Source: Lysobacteraceae bacterium SCN 69-320 | Lineage (GTDB): Bacteria > Pseudomonadota > Gammaproteobacteria > Xanthomonadales > Rhodanobacteraceae | DNA length: 64,000 bases | Assembly: GCA_001725155.1 (NCBI GenBank) | Contig: MEFP01000017.1 | Location: 2,338-66,337 of the forward strand | Direction: 5' to 3' | Shown here: in pieces, positions 26,956 to 36,804 of the stretch | Layout of the letters: each line of letters starts with the position of its first letter | How positions within the stretch are numbered: position 1 is the stretch's first letter | Made by a program: the position numbers and the translations under genes | Notes under the pieces: generated by a model | Seen by the model: only the letters and a program-made list of their open reading frames with translations | Told to the model about the DNA's origin: nothing | Database searches by the model: none

Positions 26956-27450
26956 ATGCGCAACCATCTTGCTGTTCTCGCCCTTTTTCTCGCCGCAGCG
27001 CCGGCACTGCAGGCTGCCGACGCCGGCGCCGACGCGATGCAGCGTCGCGGCCGCGAGATCCTGCACCAGTCGGGCTGTCACGACTGCCACACGCCGGGCT
27101 TCGCCATGAATGGCGGCCAGGCGCCGGAATCGGTCTGGCTGACCGGCGATCAGCTCGGCTGGAACGGCCCCTGGGGCACGACGTACGCGAGCAATCTGCG
27201 TCTGCGCCTCAACGCGATGAGCCGCGACGAATGGCGCGCCTATGCCCGCATCATGAAGGCGCGTCCGCCGATGCCGTACTGGGCGCTCAACAGCATGAGC
27301 GACACGGATCTCGACGCGATCTGGCAGGTGGTCAAGTCGCTCGGCAAGGCCGGTACGCCGGCACCGGCCGCGCTGGCGCCCGGTGTGGAACCCGCCGGTC
27401 CGGCCGTGCGCTTCCCGGCGCCGCCGCCGAATTCGGCCAAGGCCGGCTGA
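26956..27450 (+). CDS. Exported monoheme c-type cytochrome
   Basis: Signal peptide, CHDCH heme motif, GPWGTTYASNLR, RPPMP (Met ligand candidate). Confidence 0.82.
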   Translation: MRNHLAVLALFLAAAPALQAADAGADAMQRRGREILHQSGCHDCHTPGFAMNGGQAPESVWLTGDQLGWNGPWGTTYASNLRLRLNAMSRDEWRAYARIMKARPPMPYWALNSMSDTDLDAIWQVVKSLGKAGTPAPAALAPGVEPAGPAVRFPAPPPNSAKAG

Positions 27451-27451
27451 T

Positions 27452-28150
27452 TCACCAGGGAATGTCGCGACCGTCCTCGCTCGCGATGAAGCGGCCCGCA
27501 TCGGCGGGCCGCAGCGCGAGCGCGCGGTCGATCAGCAGGGTCGCGGCCCGCTCCACCGCCAGCGGCGCGTTCGCACCGCCCATGTCGGTCTGCACCCAGC
27601 CCGGATGGAACGCCGCCACGCAAATGCCCTGCGGCGACAGCTCGGCGGCGAGCAGCCGCGTGACCATGTTCAGCGCCGCCTTGCTGATCGCATAGCTCGG
27701 CGTGCGGAACGTGTCGCTCGCGGCAATCGACGCCATGACCGTCGACACATTGGCGACGCGCGCGCCGCCGGCGACGCGCAACAGCCCGACGCAGGCCTGG
27801 GTCAGCAGCAGCGCACCGGCGGCATTCACCGCGAAGCTCTCCGTCAGCGACCTGGCAGTGACCTCGCCGAAGCGTTCGCCAGAAACCAGCACGCCCGCAT
27901 TGTTGATCAGCAGGTCGACGCGGTCGGTCACCAGCGTGGCTTGCCCCGCGAACGCGGCGATCGAACGCTCGCTGGTCACGTCCAGCGGCATCACGTGCAG
28001 ATGGCCCGGATGGCTGCCGGCCAGCTCGGTCAGGCGCTTCTCCCGCGTCTTGCGGCAGGCGGCGATCACGCGCCAGCCACGCTGCAGCAGCTGCTGCACG
28101 AGTTCCAGCCCCAGGCCGCGATTGGCTCCGCTGACGATGGCGACGGGCAT
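27452..28150 (-). CDS. SDR family oxidoreductase (CsgA/C-factor-like)
   Basis: VSGANRGLG, LINNAGV, YAISKAALN (YxxxK), FHPGWVQTDMGG. Confidence 0.88.
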   Translation of the reverse strand: MPVAIVSGANRGLGLELVQQLLQRGWRVIAACRKTREKRLTELAGSHPGHLHVMPLDVTSERSIAAFAGQATLVTDRVDLLINNAGVLVSGERFGEVTARSLTESFAVNAAGALLLTQACVGLLRVAGGARVANVSTVMASIAASDTFRTPSYAISKAALNMVTRLLAAELSPQGICVAAFHPGWVQTDMGGANAPLAVERAATLLIDRALALRPADAGRFIASEDGRDIPW

Positions 28151-28323
28151 GTCGGGCTCCTGCGGCGACGATGGCCGCATGCTGCGTCAGCCCGGAGCGC
28201 CGGCGCAACCTCGGCCGATCGCTGAACTTCACCCGCTGCCTGCGGTCTCGCGCCGATTGCACGCCACGACCGCCGTCGCTAGCCTCGGCCGGTCGCCACG
28301 GCGAATTTCCTCGGGAGCTTTTC

Positions 28324-31068
28324 ATGCGCAAGACGCCAGCACTGACCCTGGGCCTGCTGTTCGCCGCCGGCCGCTGTTTCGCGGCCCCGGCCGCGGCCGA
28401 TGCCATCGACATTCCGTTCGAGAAGTTCCAGCTGTCCAACGGCCTCACGGTCGTCGTGCATGAAGACCGCAAGGCGCCCGTCGTCGCGGTCGGCGTCTGG
28501 TATCACGTCGGCTCCAAGGACGAACGCCCGGGCAAGACCGGTTTCGCCCATCTGTTCGAGCATCTGATGTTCCAGGGTTCGGAAAATTTCCGCGACGAAT
28601 TCTTCCGTCCGCTGGAACAGGTCGGCGCGACCGACCGCAACGGCACCACCAACGCCGACCGCACGAACTATTTCGAGACCGTGCCGACGACCGCGCTGGA
28701 TATGACCCTGTGGCTCGAGTCCGACCGCATGGGCCATCTGCTCGGCGCGATCGACCAGAAGGTGCTCGACGAACAGCGCGGCGTGGTGCAGAACGAAAAG
28801 CGCCAGGGCGACAACCAGCCCTACGGCCTCGCCTACGAACGCATCCTGCAGGCCAGCTTTCCCGAAGGCCATCCGTACCGCTGGGAAACCATCGGTTCGA
28901 TGGACGACCTCAACGCGGCCAGCCTCGACGACGTGAAGCAGTGGTTCCGCGACTATTACGGCGCGGCCAATACCACGGTCGTGCTCGCCGGCGACATCGA
29001 CGTCGCGACGGCGAAGGAAAAGATGCAGAAGTATTTCGGCGCGATCGGCGCGGGTCCGCCGCTGGCGCGTCGCGCCGCCTGGATCGCGCCGCGCACCGAG
29101 TCGACGCGGGATGTAGCCCAGGACCGGGTCGCCCAGGTGCGCATCTACCGCAGCTGGAACGTGCCGCCGCGCAATACCGCCGACCTGACCCGTCTGCAGC
29201 TCGCCGCGGCCGTGCTCGGCGGCGGCAAGACCTCGCGCCTGTACGAGCGCCTGATCTATCGCGAACAGCTGGCCGATTCGGTCAGCGTCGACATCGAGCC
29301 GCAGGAGCTGGCCAGCCTGTTCGGCGTCGAGGTCGACGTGAAGGAAGGCGTCGACCCGCGGCGCGTCGAACAGATCATCGCCGAGGAATGGCAGCGCTTC
29401 CTCGACAAGGGACCTACCGAGGAAGAACTCCGGCGCGTGAAGACCTCGACCCTGGCCGGCCTCGTGCGCAGCATCGAGAAGGTCGGCGGCGGCGGCAAGG
29501 CACGCGCACTGGCCGAAGGCCAGGTGTTCGCCGGCGATCCGGGCGCCTACAAGAAGGCGCTCGCACGCATGGACGCGGCCACGGCCGCCGACGTGCAGGC
29601 CGCCGCGAAGACCTGGATCGGCCGCGGCGACTACACCCTCGTGGTCGAGCCGTTCCCCGACTACACGGCCACGCCCGAGACGGTCGACCGCAGCAAGGGC
29701 CTGCCGGCCGTCGACCGCTTCCCCGACTTGAGCTTTCCGGCACTGGAGCGCGGCAGGCTGCGCAACGGCATCGAAGTCGTGCTCGCGCGGCGCAGCGCCG
29801 TTCCGGTCGTGCAGCTGAGCCTGCAGTTCGACGGCGGCTATGCCTCGGACCAGCAGCGCAAGCTCGGCACGGCGTCCTTCACCATGTCGATGCTCGACGA
29901 AGGCACGCGCTCGCTGGATGCACTGCAGATCGCCAAGCGCCAGGAGGAACTCGGTGTCGGCATCAGCGCCGGTGCCGATCTCGACGTCAGCGCGGTCAGC
30001 ATGAACGCGCTGAAGGCGCAGCTCGCGCCGTCGCTCGCGCTGTTCGCCGACATCGTGCGCAATCCGGCATTCAAGTCCGAGGACGTGGAGCGCGTGCGCG
30101 GACTCTGGCTGTCGGGCATCGCGCAGGAGCGCACCCAGCCGATGTCGATCGCGCTGCGCCTGCTGCCGCCGCTGGTCTACGGCGCCGGCCATCCGTACGC
30201 GATTCCGTTCACCGGCTCGGGCAGCGTCGACTCGGTGCGCGCCCTGACCACGCAGGATCTCGCCGACTATCACCGCGATTTCATCCGGCCCGACAACGCC
30301 CGCATCATGGTCGCCGGCGACGTCACGCTGGCCGAGATCACGCGCGAACTCGACGCCGTGTTCGGCGACTGGAAGGCACCGGCCGCGCCGCTGCCCAAGT
30401 CCGCCGTCGCCGACGTCGCCCAGCCGGCCGGGCCCCGCGTATTCCTGATGGACCGCCCCGGCGCGCAGCAGTCGCTGATCCTCGCCGGCGAGACCGCGCC
30501 GTCGGCGCGCGCGACGAACTACCTCGAGGCCCGCACCATGAACGCGATCCTCGGCGGCAATTTCACCTCGCGCCTGAACATGAACCTGCGCGAGGACAAG
30601 CACTGGGCCTACGGCGTACGCAGCCTCATGCCGGCTGCCGAAGGGCCGGGGCTGTTCCTGCTCTACGCGCCGGTGCAGACCGACAAGACCGCCGAGTCGA
30701 TCTCCGAGCTGCTCAAGGAAGCACGCGACATCGTCGGCCCGCGACCGATCACGCGCGAGGAGATCGACAAGGTCCGCAACAACGACATCCGCGAACTGCC
30801 GGGCCGCTTCGAAACCACCGGCGCGGTGCTCGGCGCCGTCATCGACATCGTGCGCTACGGCCGCCCCGACAACTACGTGCAGACCTTCAAGCAGCGCGTG
30901 GAGAACCAGCAGGAAGCCGACATCCGCGCCGCCGCGAAGGAAATCGTGCGCCCGGATGCGCTGACCTGGGTCGTCGTCGGCGATCTGGCCAAGATCGAGG
31001 CCGGCGTGCGCGCGCTGAAACTCGGCGAGGTCAAGGTCGTGGATGCGGACGGCAAGGTCGTACGCTGA
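28324..31068 (+). CDS. Exported M16B zinc peptidase (fused two-half pitrilysin family)
   Basis: Signal peptide; LSNGL.VVVHED, GFAHLFEHLMFQGS (HxxEH), second inactive half, SRLN.NLREDK.WAYG. Confidence 0.92.
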   Translation: MRKTPALTLGLLFAAGRCFAAPAAADAIDIPFEKFQLSNGLTVVVHEDRKAPVVAVGVWYHVGSKDERPGKTGFAHLFEHLMFQGSENFRDEFFRPLEQVGATDRNGTTNADRTNYFETVPTTALDMTLWLESDRMGHLLGAIDQKVLDEQRGVVQNEKRQGDNQPYGLAYERILQASFPEGHPYRWETIGSMDDLNAASLDDVKQWFRDYYGAANTTVVLAGDIDVATAKEKMQKYFGAIGAGPPLARRAAWIAPRTESTRDVAQDRVAQVRIYRSWNVPPRNTADLTRLQLAAAVLGGGKTSRLYERLIYREQLADSVSVDIEPQELASLFGVEVDVKEGVDPRRVEQIIAEEWQRFLDKGPTEEELRRVKTSTLAGLVRSIEKVGGGGKARALAEGQVFAGDPGAYKKALARMDAATAADVQAAAKTWIGRGDYTLVVEPFPDYTATPETVDRSKGLPAVDRFPDLSFPALERGRLRNGIEVVLARRSAVPVVQLSLQFDGGYASDQQRKLGTASFTMSMLDEGTRSLDALQIAKRQEELGVGISAGADLDVSAVSMNALKAQLAPSLALFADIVRNPAFKSEDVERVRGLWLSGIAQERTQPMSIALRLLPPLVYGAGHPYAIPFTGSGSVDSVRALTTQDLADYHRDFIRPDNARIMVAGDVTLAEITRELDAVFGDWKAPAAPLPKSAVADVAQPAGPRVFLMDRPGAQQSLILAGETAPSARATNYLEARTMNAILGGNFTSRLNMNLREDKHWAYGVRSLMPAAEGPGLFLLYAPVQTDKTAESISELLKEARDIVGPRPITREEIDKVRNNDIRELPGRFETTGAVLGAVIDIVRYGRPDNYVQTFKQRVENQQEADIRAAAKEIVRPDALTWVVVGDLAKIEAGVRALKLGEVKVVDADGKVVR

Positions 31069-31124
31069 GCGGCAGTGGCATCGGCGGCGCGGCGCCGGAC
31101 ATCGAGCTCGATGCGGCGCTTGCG

Positions 31125-31340
31125 CAAGGGGGGAGGGGAGAAAACCCGTCCCCCCCGACTCTTCCCTTGAAAGAACCTCGAACAACCCTCGTTCCGACGG
31201 TTTCTCGAGTCGACGAGTCCGGCGCAGGTGCGGACTCGTCTGCGCTGATCAAGCGCTTGCGCGCTGGCTCGCGAGCGGCACGTCACCGTGCCGCGGGGAC
31301 CCCGACGTCTTTCGAGATGCCCTGGAAGGGGCGGGCCTCC
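31125..31340. repeat. Degenerate copy of the purine/pyrimidine-tract REP family seen at 51807-51963
   Basis: acccgtccccccccgactcttcccttgaaa resembles acccatccccacccaaccctccccttgaag; gccctggaaggggcggg resembles ccttgaaggggaggg. Confidence 0.45.
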
Positions 31341-31344
31341 AAAG

Positions 31345-32247
31345 CTAAGTCCTGCGCCGAGACAGCACGAACATGCCGATCAGTACGAGCGCCGAACCGG
31401 CCAGCTGCCAGGCCGTGATCGGTTCGCCGAGCAGCCAGGCGCCGAGGAACAAGGTCGACACGGGCCCGAGCATGCCGGCCTGGGCCGCCGCCGGCGCGCC
31501 GATGCGCGCGACCGCGATCATGGTCAGCAGCACCGGCGCCACCGTGCAGAACAGCGCATTGGACAGCGACAGCGCCTGCACCGGCCAGGGCTGCAGCAAC
31601 CGCGTCCACGGCCGCGTCAGGCCGAAATGCAGCAGCACGGCAACCGTGGACACACTCATTGCGTAGGCAACCAGGCGCGAGGGTCCGAGGCGTTTGACCA
31701 GTTCGCCGGAACCGATCAGGTACAGCGCATAGGACAGCGCCGCGCCGAACACCAGCAGCGCGCCGAGCACGACGCGGTCGCCGCCGAGACTCAGATCGTG
31801 TGCGAACACCAGCACGATGCCCGCGTAAGCCAGCGCCAGCGCAGCCCATTCGCGCAGGCCTATGCGCCGGCGCAGCACGACGGCGCTGATCAGCAGCACG
31901 AACGACGGCGACAGGAACAGGATCAGCCGCTCCAGCGCCGCGCTGACGTATTGCAGGCCGGCGAAATCCAGATAGCTCGACAGGTAGTAGCCGAGCAGGC
32001 CGAGCGCGAGCACGGCGAAACCATCGCGCCGGCTCAACGGCACGGCGCTGCGCCATTGCCATGCGGCGATCGCGACGAAGAACGGCGCCGAATACAGCAT
32101 GCGCAGCGCGAGCACGTCGAGCGCGTCGACCGGATGGCGGTAGAGCAGCTTGGCGACGATGGCCTTGGCCGAAAACAGCACGGCGCCGGTCGCGGCGATC
32201 AGCAGGCCGCGACGGTAGGCCGTGCGCGAGAACGACGAATCGTTCAT
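31345..32247 (-). CDS. DMT (EamA) family transporter
   Basis: Two EamA repeats, about 10 TM segments, SAALERLILFLSP, LGEPITAWQLAG. Confidence 0.88.
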   Translation of the reverse strand: MNDSSFSRTAYRRGLLIAATGAVLFSAKAIVAKLLYRHPVDALDVLALRMLYSAPFFVAIAAWQWRSAVPLSRRDGFAVLALGLLGYYLSSYLDFAGLQYVSAALERLILFLSPSFVLLISAVVLRRRIGLREWAALALAYAGIVLVFAHDLSLGGDRVVLGALLVFGAALSYALYLIGSGELVKRLGPSRLVAYAMSVSTVAVLLHFGLTRPWTRLLQPWPVQALSLSNALFCTVAPVLLTMIAVARIGAPAAAQAGMLGPVSTLFLGAWLLGEPITAWQLAGSALVLIGMFVLSRRRT

Positions 32248-32421
32248 CGGCGCGTGTCCCCGCCTGTGTGCATATCACTGTTCCTGTCTTCAGCGACACC
32301 GGTGTCGATGCCGGCCTCCGGGCTTGTCGCGATCGCTGCGTATTCCTGCGTCGGCGCCGGTAGCGCAGAGGCATCGACACGGCGACCGCGCGCCGATGTC
32401 GCGGCATCGCACACGAAAGAA

Positions 32422-32979
32422 CTAGCGGACGAATTCACGTGCGAGTAGGCCGTATAGCGCGGTGTCGGCGATCTCGCCGTTCACGTGCCAGCGTTCGCGC
32501 AGATAGCCTTCGCGCCGGAAACCGACACGCTCGACGAGGCGGCAGGACGCCTGGTTGCGCGGATCGATGTCGGCCTCGACGCGATGGAGTTCCAGCGCAT
32601 CGAAACCGTAGGTCAGCGCGGCACGCAGCGCTTCCTGCGCATAGCCGCGGCCCCAGTAGGTCGGGTGCAGCTGATAGCCGACTTCGGCACGCCGCTGCGC
32701 GCGGTTCACGGCGAACAGGGTGACGATGCCGATCAGTTCGTCGGCGTCGATCAGCGTCAGGCCCCAGGGCCAGCTTTCCTCGCGCTCGGCGAAGTGACGG
32801 CTCTGTTCGAACCAGTCCTGCGCCTGCTGCGGATCGGTCCAGGCCGAAAAGCTCCAGTAGCGCATCGCGCGCGGATCGGAATGCAGGCGATAGATCGCGT
32901 CGATGTCGCTGCGCACTATCGTGCGCATGCGCAGCCGCGGCGTCTGCAGCAGTGGCATGGCGTTCAGGCTGTCGCTCAT
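32422..32979 (-). CDS. GNAT acetyltransferase, RimJ/RimL family
   Basis: LQTPRLRMR, AEVGYQL....WGRGYAQEA, LHRVEADIDPRN.AS.RLVERVGF..EG.LRE. Confidence 0.88.
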   Translation of the reverse strand: MSDSLNAMPLLQTPRLRMRTIVRSDIDAIYRLHSDPRAMRYWSFSAWTDPQQAQDWFEQSRHFAEREESWPWGLTLIDADELIGIVTLFAVNRAQRRAEVGYQLHPTYWGRGYAQEALRAALTYGFDALELHRVEADIDPRNQASCRLVERVGFRREGYLRERWHVNGEIADTALYGLLAREFVR

Positions 32980-33248
32980 GGAGAACCTCTGGATACGTCG
33001 ACGTCGTCGCTGTCGCGGCCCTCGCGATCCGGCGGAGTGGTCGACAGTCGTCCGCGAGCATTCGGCGAGGCCGGAGACCGCGGCCGGGTGGAGTTGCCAC
33101 GATCCGGATACCGGGTCGGACCTGCTCTGCGCTGCGGACCGGACCCGCATGATGCCGCGCGAAGCGGCCATACCGCCAGCGCCGGCGCAGTGATCGTGAC
33201 GGCGGCCTGCTACAGTCGGCCCACGCGACGACCCGCAGGGAGGCCGAC

Positions 33249-34427
33249 ATGGCTACGGTTCTGATTCCGGGCATCAAGGGCAGCGAACTCGCCGACAGCT
33301 ATCCGTTGGACTGGCCGGTGCGCTGGAGTCTCGAGGACATGGTGTTCGGCGACGCGTTCGAGAATCCGCTGGATTTCGCCCTGCTCGACGGCCGCTACGA
33401 GGCCAACGACGGCCACCGCATGCTGCCGTCGCGGCCGATCCGCTACGCCTATGGCGAGATGGTCGGCAAGCTGCGCGCCTGGAAGCCGGCCGAACCCCTG
33501 CACGTGTTCACGTACGACTGGCGCCGGCCGATCGAGCATGCGGCGCAGAAGCTCGCCGAATTCTGCGCGGAACTGCAGGGACGCCAGGCGCGGCTCAAGC
33601 GCGCGACCGCGCTGAACTTCGTCACGCACAGCATGGGCAGCCTCGTGCTGCGCTCCATGCTCGCACTGCGCAGTCGCGCCGAACCGTTCGCCGACGTCGG
33701 GCGCGTCGTGTTCATCGCGCCCCCGTTCCGCGGCTCGCTCGCGGCGGCGCAGATGCTCGTCGCCGGCGAACGCGATGGCTGGTTCGGCACCGACGAGGAC
33801 TACCGCAAGATCGCGCGCAGCTTTCCGTCGGTCTACCAGATGACGCCGCATTACGCCGGCAGCTGCGTGGACGAGGACGGCCGCGCCGTCGACCTGTTCG
33901 ATCCGGCGAACTGGCAGGCCAACGTGCGCGACGGCAGCGGCGGTTTCGATGCGCGCTTCGTCGCCGACGCCGAGGCCTTCGCACTCGGCGCCTCGCGTCG
34001 CGGAGGCAGCAGCCCTGCGCCCATGCTCGACGACGCGGCACTCGCCGCGCATGGCGGGAACGTGCTGATCCTGCAGGGCAGCGGCATCGCCACCCCGCAC
34101 CAGCTGACCGTGCAGCGTTCAAACCCGAACAACCCGAACTGGTTCGACTTTGCCGGCGCGCAGAAGGATCTGCTCGGCGACGGCCGCGTGCATCTGCGCA
34201 GCTCGGCCGTCGCCGGCGTCACCCTGGCCGCCTTCGCCGGCGCACTGGATCACGGCCGCGTCTGCCGCGACACGCGCGTGATCAACACGGTCTCGCTGTG
34301 GCTGGAAGGCAAGCGCGCGCTGAAGATGCAGCCGCGCGGTCCCGAGCATGCGGCGGGACGCCGCGGCCGCAGCTATTTCGACGCCTGGGACGGCGACATC
34401 GGGAGCCTGGCGACGCACGTGGTCTGA
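33249..34427 (+). CDS. LCAT/PGAP1-like alpha/beta-hydrolase (lipase/acyltransferase)
   Basis: LIPGIKGSEL, FTYDWRR, THSMG nucleophile elbow, IAPPFRGS, GDGRV, late DHG His candidate. Confidence 0.78.
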   Translation: MATVLIPGIKGSELADSYPLDWPVRWSLEDMVFGDAFENPLDFALLDGRYEANDGHRMLPSRPIRYAYGEMVGKLRAWKPAEPLHVFTYDWRRPIEHAAQKLAEFCAELQGRQARLKRATALNFVTHSMGSLVLRSMLALRSRAEPFADVGRVVFIAPPFRGSLAAAQMLVAGERDGWFGTDEDYRKIARSFPSVYQMTPHYAGSCVDEDGRAVDLFDPANWQANVRDGSGGFDARFVADAEAFALGASRRGGSSPAPMLDDAALAAHGGNVLILQGSGIATPHQLTVQRSNPNNPNWFDFAGAQKDLLGDGRVHLRSSAVAGVTLAAFAGALDHGRVCRDTRVINTVSLWLEGKRALKMQPRGPEHAAGRRGRSYFDAWDGDIGSLATHVV

Positions 34428-34473
34428 GCGCGCGACGCGGCGTCCGCTCGCCGCACACCGGCGACCGGCGCCA

Positions 34474-34908
34474 TCACAACTCGCGCGCGTAACGCCGCCC
34501 GGTCAGCGCATAGCCCAGGCGTTCGTAGAACGCATGCGCGCCGGCGCGGTGCGCGGCCGTCGTCAGAACCAGGCGATCGGCGCCGCGGCGCCGCGCCCAG
34601 TCCTCGGCCGCAGCGACGAGTTCGCGGCCCAGTCCACTGCCGCGCAGACCATCGGCGACGACGAGCAGGGTCAACTGCACGGACGGTGCGTCGCGGTTCA
34701 GTGCGACGTGCGACTGCACCGTCGCGAATCCGCAGACGCCGCCGCCATGGCAGGCGACCAGCACGGCTGCGGCGGGATCGGCGAGCAGCCGCGCCAGTCG
34801 CGCCGCCACGGACGCCGCATCGGTGGGATAGCCGAGCTGGTCCAGCAGCTCGGCGAGCCGGGGCGCATCGGCCGCGGCGGTCCTGCGTATCGACGACGTT
34901 CCGCCCAT
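34474..34908 (-). CDS. GNAT acetyltransferase
   Basis: LLDQLGYP, LVV....RGSGLGRELV, AHAFYERLGY. Confidence 0.85.
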   Translation of the reverse strand: MGGTSSIRRTAAADAPRLAELLDQLGYPTDAASVAARLARLLADPAAAVLVACHGGGVCGFATVQSHVALNRDAPSVQLTLLVVADGLRGSGLGRELVAAAEDWARRRGADRLVLTTAAHRAGAHAFYERLGYALTGRRYAREL

Positions 34909-35048
34909 GTTCCCGCCGGGAAATCGCGAACCGGATCATCATGCCGCAAACCGAAGCGCCCAGACGACCACCGTTCATCTGCATTTGCCTAGTCTGCGCC
35001 GCCGGCCGTCTCTGCGCCGGCATTCTCCAATCTTTCTCAAGGCCACAC

Positions 35049-36041
35049 ATGCGCATGCTATTGCTGGGCTGTCTGCTGCTGTCCGTCGCCGCGGTACGCG
35101 CCGAGGCGCCCGTGCCGGATGCGCCCGCGGCCCTGCTCGAAACCGTCGTCGTCAGCGGCGCACAGCCCGGTCCCGGCCTGTGGAAGGTCAGCAAGGGCGA
35201 TCACGTGCTCTGGGTGCTCGGCACCTTGTCGCCACTGCCCAAGCGCATGAGCTGGGAGTCGCGCGAAGTCGAAGGCGTGATCGCGCAGGCGCAGCGCGTG
35301 CTGCTGACGCCTCGCGTGGACCTCGACGTCGCCGGCGGCGCGCTGGCCGGCGTGTTCCTTTTGCCCAGTCTGCTGAAGGCACGCAACAACCCCGACAAGC
35401 AGACCCTGGCCGACGTGCTGCCGGCCGATCTCTATGCACGCTGGCAGCCGCTCAAGCGCAAGTACATCGGTCGCAGCGACAGCGTGGAAAAGCGCCGGCC
35501 GATCTTCGCCGCGCAGGAGCTCTACGAAGAGGCCACCGACGACGCCGGCCTGCGCATCGACGGCAAGGTCAGCGAGACGGTGGAAAAACTCGCGAAGAAG
35601 CATGACGTCGCGCTGGACCATCCGCGCATCAAGGTCCGCCTCGCCGAACCGCGCGACGCGCTGCGCCAGTTCGCGAAATCCTCGCTCGACGACATCGACT
35701 GCCTGCGCAAGACCGTCGAACGCCTGGAGACCGACCTGCCGGCCATGCAGTTGCGCGCGAACGCCTGGGCCATCGGCGACATCGAAGCGCTGCGCAATCT
35801 GCCGTTCGTCGACCAGAACCAGGCCTGCCGCGATGCGATGCTGCGCAACAGCATCGTGCAGGAACGCGGCATGGGCGATCTGCGCGAGCGCCTCGCTGCC
35901 ACCTGGCTCAGCGCCGCCGAAACCACCTTGCGCGACAACGCCGTCTCGTTCGCCGTGCTGCCGATGAGCCAGGTGCTCGACGGCGATGGCTATCTCGCGG
36001 CCCTGCAGGCCCGCGGCTATGCCGTGGAAGCGCCGCAGTAA
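35049..36041 (+). CDS. TraB/GumN family protein, exported
   Basis: Signal peptide; PGLWKVSKGDHVLWVLGT, AWAIGD, YLAALQARGYAVE. Start moved to ATG 35049. Confidence 0.85.
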   Translation: MRMLLLGCLLLSVAAVRAEAPVPDAPAALLETVVVSGAQPGPGLWKVSKGDHVLWVLGTLSPLPKRMSWESREVEGVIAQAQRVLLTPRVDLDVAGGALAGVFLLPSLLKARNNPDKQTLADVLPADLYARWQPLKRKYIGRSDSVEKRRPIFAAQELYEEATDDAGLRIDGKVSETVEKLAKKHDVALDHPRIKVRLAEPRDALRQFAKSSLDDIDCLRKTVERLETDLPAMQLRANAWAIGDIEALRNLPFVDQNQACRDAMLRNSIVQERGMGDLRERLAATWLSAAETTLRDNAVSFAVLPMSQVLDGDGYLAALQARGYAVEAPQ

Positions 36042-36138
36042 GCCGAGGCGCATCGGCGCTTCCCGTCGCGGCGTCCTGGCTTGACCGCCGTCGCCGGCGC
36101 CGGGAAGTATTCGCCGGACTTCGCCGGGCAACAGACGC

Positions 36139-36804
36139 ATGCGCATACTGATCGTCGAGGATTCCGCCACCCTGGCCGAGGCCCTGGACCGCAGCCTGCG
36201 CCAGCAGGGCTATGCCTGCGATCTGGCCGCCGACGGCCTCGCCGCGCTGCAGTTCGTGCGCAGCTATCGCTACGACGCGATCGTCCTCGACCTGATGCTG
36301 CCGAAGCTCGACGGCTTCGGCGTACTGCGTGAACTGAGCCGCGAGGCCGGCACGGCGCCCGTGCTGGTGCTGTCGGCGCGCGAGCAGGTCGACGACCGCG
36401 TGAAAGCGCTGGACGCCGGCGCCGACGACTATCTGGTCAAGCCGTTCGAACTCAGCGAGCTGTTCGCGCGCCTGCGCGCGCTGGTGCGCCGCCCGGCCCT
36501 GCGCGACACGCCGGTGCTGCGCCACGGCGATCTGGAAGTGGATCCGCGCTCGCGCACCGCGCGCCTGCGCGGCGTCGAGCTGCCGCTGACGCCGAAGGAA
36601 TACCGGCTGCTGGAGCTGCTGCTGCGCCGGCAGGGCAATACCCTGGCGCGCGAGCAGATCTTCGAACATCTGTACGACAGCCGCAGCGACGCCTCGGACA
36701 AGGTAGTGGAAGTCATCGTCAGCACGCTGCGCACCAAGCTCGCGCAGCAGGGCATGGACGATCTCATCGTGACCCGGCGCGGCTTCGGCTATGTTGTGCC
36801 CTGA
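36139..36804 (+). CDS. OmpR/PhoB-family response regulator
   Basis: LIVED, VLDLMLP (phospho-Asp), GADDYLVKPF, winged helix LTPKEY.LLELL, TRRGFGY. Confidence 0.93.
   Translation: MRILIVEDSATLAEALDRSLRQQGYACDLAADGLAALQFVRSYRYDAIVLDLMLPKLDGFGVLRELSREAGTAPVLVLSAREQVDDRVKALDAGADDYLVKPFELSELFARLRALVRRPALRDTPVLRHGDLEVDPRSRTARLRGVELPLTPKEYRLLELLLRRQGNTLAREQIFEHLYDSRSDASDKVVEVIVSTLRTKLAQQGMDDLIVTRRGFGYVVP

Noticed and set aside
28279-31185. 968-aa minus-strand ORF
   Set aside because: Antisense shadow of the M16 peptidase
35023-35041. ttctc direct repeat with 11-bp period before the TraB/GumN gene
   Set aside because: Only 5 bp match, within 10 bp of the start codon, and unlike the ccaaagc box; too weak to call
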